Assembly (NCBI GenBank): GCA_028826165.1
Contig: JAPDFW010000074.1
Span: forward strand, 124,001 to 188,000
Reading direction: 5' to 3'
Source: Anaeramoeba ignava BMAN
Lineage: Eukaryota > Protista > Anaeramoebae
DNA length: 64,000 nt
Under the pieces are notes generated by a model. That model ran no database searches. It was given only the letters and a program-made list of their open reading frames with translations, and was not told the origin of the DNA. A program made the position numbers and the translations under genes. Shown here piece after piece: positions 60,642 to 64,000 of this stretch. Numbering within the stretch: position 1 is the first letter of the stretch; every line of letters begins with the position of its first letter.

Positions 60642-63600
60642 ATGTCAAACACTTTTGAATCAGAAATACAAACAAAATTATATCGAGTTATTTATAATCC
60701 AGATATTAAAGTTTTAAAACAAGATGAAACTGAAGATTTAATGAGAATTCATCCTTTTGATCTTCTTCTTCGTTGGGTTAATTTTATTCTAAGTAAAATT
60801 GGTCAAACTTCTCAAGTCAAGAATTTTACAACTGATTTCCAAGTATAAACTCAAAAACATATATAAAAATATAAATATAAATATAAATATAAATATAAAT
60901 ATAAATATAAATATAAATATAAATATAAATATAAATATAAATATAAATATAAATATAAATATAAATATAAATATAAATATAAATATAAATATAAATATAA
61001 ATATAAATATAAATATAAATATAAATATAAATATAAATATTTAAAATATAATTAAAATTATAAATATAAATATAAATATAAATATAAATATAAATATTTA
61101 AAATATAATTAAAATTATAAATATAAATATAAATATAAATATAAATATAAATATAAATCTAAATATAAATATAATTAAAATTAAAATTATTATTAGGATT
61201 GCATTGTACTAACAAATATTATGTCAGAATTAACACCAAATATTGGATTTATGGATGTTTTTATGCAAACAGCAATTAAAGATAGAGTAGAACTTTTCAA
61301 TTCTTTAATGAAAAAAACAACATATAAATCTGAACTTTTAATTCCTGAAGATATAATAGAAGTACAATAAAAATAAATATTTAAGAAATTTCAAGATCAT
61401 TTTATTAAATTTGCTTTTATTTTTATTTTTGTAAATATTTTAAATATTTTGTTTAAAAAAATTAAGGGAAATGAAGAAGCTATTATTAGATTTGTAACAA
61501 ATTTATGTATTTGGAAACCATGTTTGAAAACTCAACTTTACTCAAATTATTCTAATGATAAAAGTTATCGACCAATGAGTTATGGAGGATATACACCTAA
61601 AACTGAAGAAATTGTAAATATAAAATTATTTATAAAATTATTAATAAAATTAAATATAAAATTATTAATAAAATTATTTATAAAATTAAATATAAAATTA
61701 AATATAAAATTATATATTAAATTATTTATAAAATTATTTATAAAATTATATATAAAATTAATTATAAAATTATATATAAAATTATTTATAAAATTATTTA
61801 TAAAATTATTTATAAAATTATTAATAAAATTATTTATAAAATTATTTATAAAATTATTTATAAAATTATATATAAAATTAATTATAAAATTATTTATAAA
61901 ATTAATTATAAAATTATTTATAAAATTATTTATAAAATTATTTATAAAATTAAATATAAAATTATTAATAAAATTAATTATAAAATTATTTATAAAATTA
62001 ATTATAAAATTAATTATAAAATTATTTATAAAATTGCTTATAAAATTGTTTATAAAATTGTTTATAAAATTATTTATAAAATTAAATATTAAATTAATTA
62101 TGAAATTATTTATAAAATTATTTATAAAATTAATTATAAAATTAATTATAAAATTAAATATAAAATTATTTATAAAATTATTTATAAAATTATTTATAAA
62201 ATTATTTATTAAATTATTTATTAAATTATTTATAAAATTATTTATAAAATTATTTATAAAATTATTTATAAAATTATTTATAAAATTATTTATAAAATTA
62301 TTTATAAAATTATTTATAAAATTAATTATAAAATTATTTATAAAATTATTTATAAAATTATTTATAAAATTATTTATAAAATTATTTATAAAATTATATA
62401 TAAAAATTTATATTAAATTATTTATAAAATTATTTATAAAATTATTTATAAAATTATTTTTATAAATTATATATAAAATTATTTATAAAATTAATTATAA
62501 AATTATTTATAAAATAAATTAAATATAAAATTATTTTATAAAATTATATATAAAATTATTTATAAAATTATTTATAAAATTAATTATAAAATTATTTATA
62601 AAATTATATATAAAAAAATTTAAAATTATTTATAAAATTATATATAAAATTATATATAAAATTATTTATAAAATTATTTATAAAATTATTTTATTAAATT
62701 ATTTATAATTATTATTTATAAAATTAATTATAAAATTATTTATAAAATTATTTATTAAATTATTTATAAAAATTATATATAAAATTAATTATAAAATTAT
62801 TTATAAAATTATATATAAAATTATTTATAAAATTATTTATAAAATTAATTATAAAATTATTTATTAAATTAATTATAAAATTATTTATAAAATTATATAT
62901 AAAATTATATATAAAATTATTTATAAAATTATTTATTAAATTAATTATAAAATTAATTATAAAATTAATTATAAAATTATTTATAAAATTATTTATAAAA
63001 ATTATATATAAAATTAAATATAAAATTAATTATAAAATTATTTATAAAATTATTTATAAAAATTAAATATAAAATTATTTATAAAATTAAATATAAAATT
63101 ATTTATAAAATTATTTATAAAAATTATTTATAAAATTATTTATAAAAATTATATATAAAAATTATTTATAAAATTAAATATAAAATTATTTATAAAATTA
63201 ATTATAAAATTAATTATAAAATTAATTATAAAATTATTTATAAAATTAATTATAAAATTATTTATAAAATTATTTACAAAATTATTTATAAAATTGTTTA
63301 TAAAATTGCTTATAAAATTATTTATAAATTTGTTTATAAATTTGTTTATAAAATTAAATATAAAATTATTTATAAAATTGTTTATAAAATTGTTTATAAA
63401 ATTATTTATAAAATTAATTATAAAATTATTTATAAAATTATTTATAAAATTATATATAAAATTATTTATAAAATTATTTATTAAATTATTTATAAAATTA
63501 TATATAAAATTATTTATAAAATTATATATAAAATTAATTATAAAATTGTTTATAAATTTGTTTATAAAATTATTTATAAAATTATTTATAAAATTATTTA

Positions 63601-64000
63601 TAAAATTATTTATAAAATTATTTATAAAATTAATAGGGACATAGATCACAAGATTCATCCTATACAAGTTCACCTAGAACACCAACAACACCAACAATAA
63701 CACCAACAACAACAACCTCTAAAACAATATTTACACAACCAAAAGCACACATCAAACACACATTTTCTAAAAAAATATTCCCAAAACTCCAACCACAAAA
63801 TCCACAACATTCAAAAAATCCACAACAAATCAAACAAGAAATAAAACAAACCAATCCATCCAATAATCAAGCTATTCCACAAAGAAAATCCAAATTTAAT
63901 GGACAAATTTCTCAAGATATTCAAAATATTATTTCTCAATATCGTTCATTTGTTAAACAAGACCAAAATATTCAACAAGCTTTAAACAGAGCAAATGATT
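60642..64000 (+). CDS. Calponin-homology (fimbrin CH2-like) domain protein, 3'-partial; exons 60642-60842, 61197-61361, 61467-61613, 63637->64000
   Basis: EDLMRIHPFDLLLRWVNFIL...VKNFTTDFQDCIVL...IPEDIIEGNEEAIIRFVTNL; phase-0 introns. Confidence 0.8.
60860..61180. repeat. Intronic ATAAAT hexamer microsatellite
   Basis: Perfect array in intron 60843-61196. Confidence 0.92.
61616..63630. repeat. Intronic 12-bp satellite (TTATTTATAAAA)
   Basis: Fills intron 61614-63636. Confidence 0.92.

Noticed and set aside
5001-63673. Numerous ORFs of IKLF, FNFN, LKLK, YLYL or INFI repeats
   Set aside because: They are translations of intronic or intergenic satellites lying between GT-AG boundaries of real genes.
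1-64000. tRNA, rRNA, transposase or reverse transcriptase genes
   Set aside because: No such structured or motif-bearing sequence was recognisable by eye; small AT-rich ncRNAs cannot be excluded.

Overview
This is extremely AT-rich eukaryotic (protist) genomic DNA. Genes are closely spaced, use the standard code (TAA/TAG/TGA all act as stops) and have GT-AG spliceosomal introns. I can support about 19 protein-coding genes plus one probable pseudogene: an AF4/FMR2 C-terminal-domain protein (5' truncated), a fission-yeast-SIN-type Cdc14-like ARM protein, an AGC kinase, a RhoGAP, a membrane-anchored importin-alpha-like ARM protein, VPS26, a bacterial-like tail-anchored beta-rich protein, a RING E3 with an unrecognised duplicated domain, two tandem BTB-coiled coil-TLDc genes (the second disrupted), proteasome ATPase RPT6, a GATA+BRCT protein, RBM48, a multidomain RasGEF, a PAS/coiled-coil protein, an N/Q-rich protein, a TALE homeodomain protein, phosphopantetheine adenylyltransferase, an RPA32-like OB protein, an LKB1-like kinase and a fimbrin-type CH protein (3' truncated). 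Long introns (0.3-3.5 kb) consist almost entirely of short-period satellites, which explains the many spurious IKLF/FNFN ORFs. The composition, intron satellites and BTB-TLDc/PAS families resemble an anaerobic metamonad amoeba such as Anaeramoeba; this is inference only. The most notable signal is a tandemly duplicated cassette of 144-bp satellite plus BTB-TLDc gene. The two gene copies are near-identical except for the coiled-coil linker and a C-terminal TLDc patch that differs only by amino-acid-changing substitutions. Several single-base homopolymer frameshifts and 'ghost' exon copies indicate long-read assembly errors. All family assignments come from motif recognition by eye; no searches were run.
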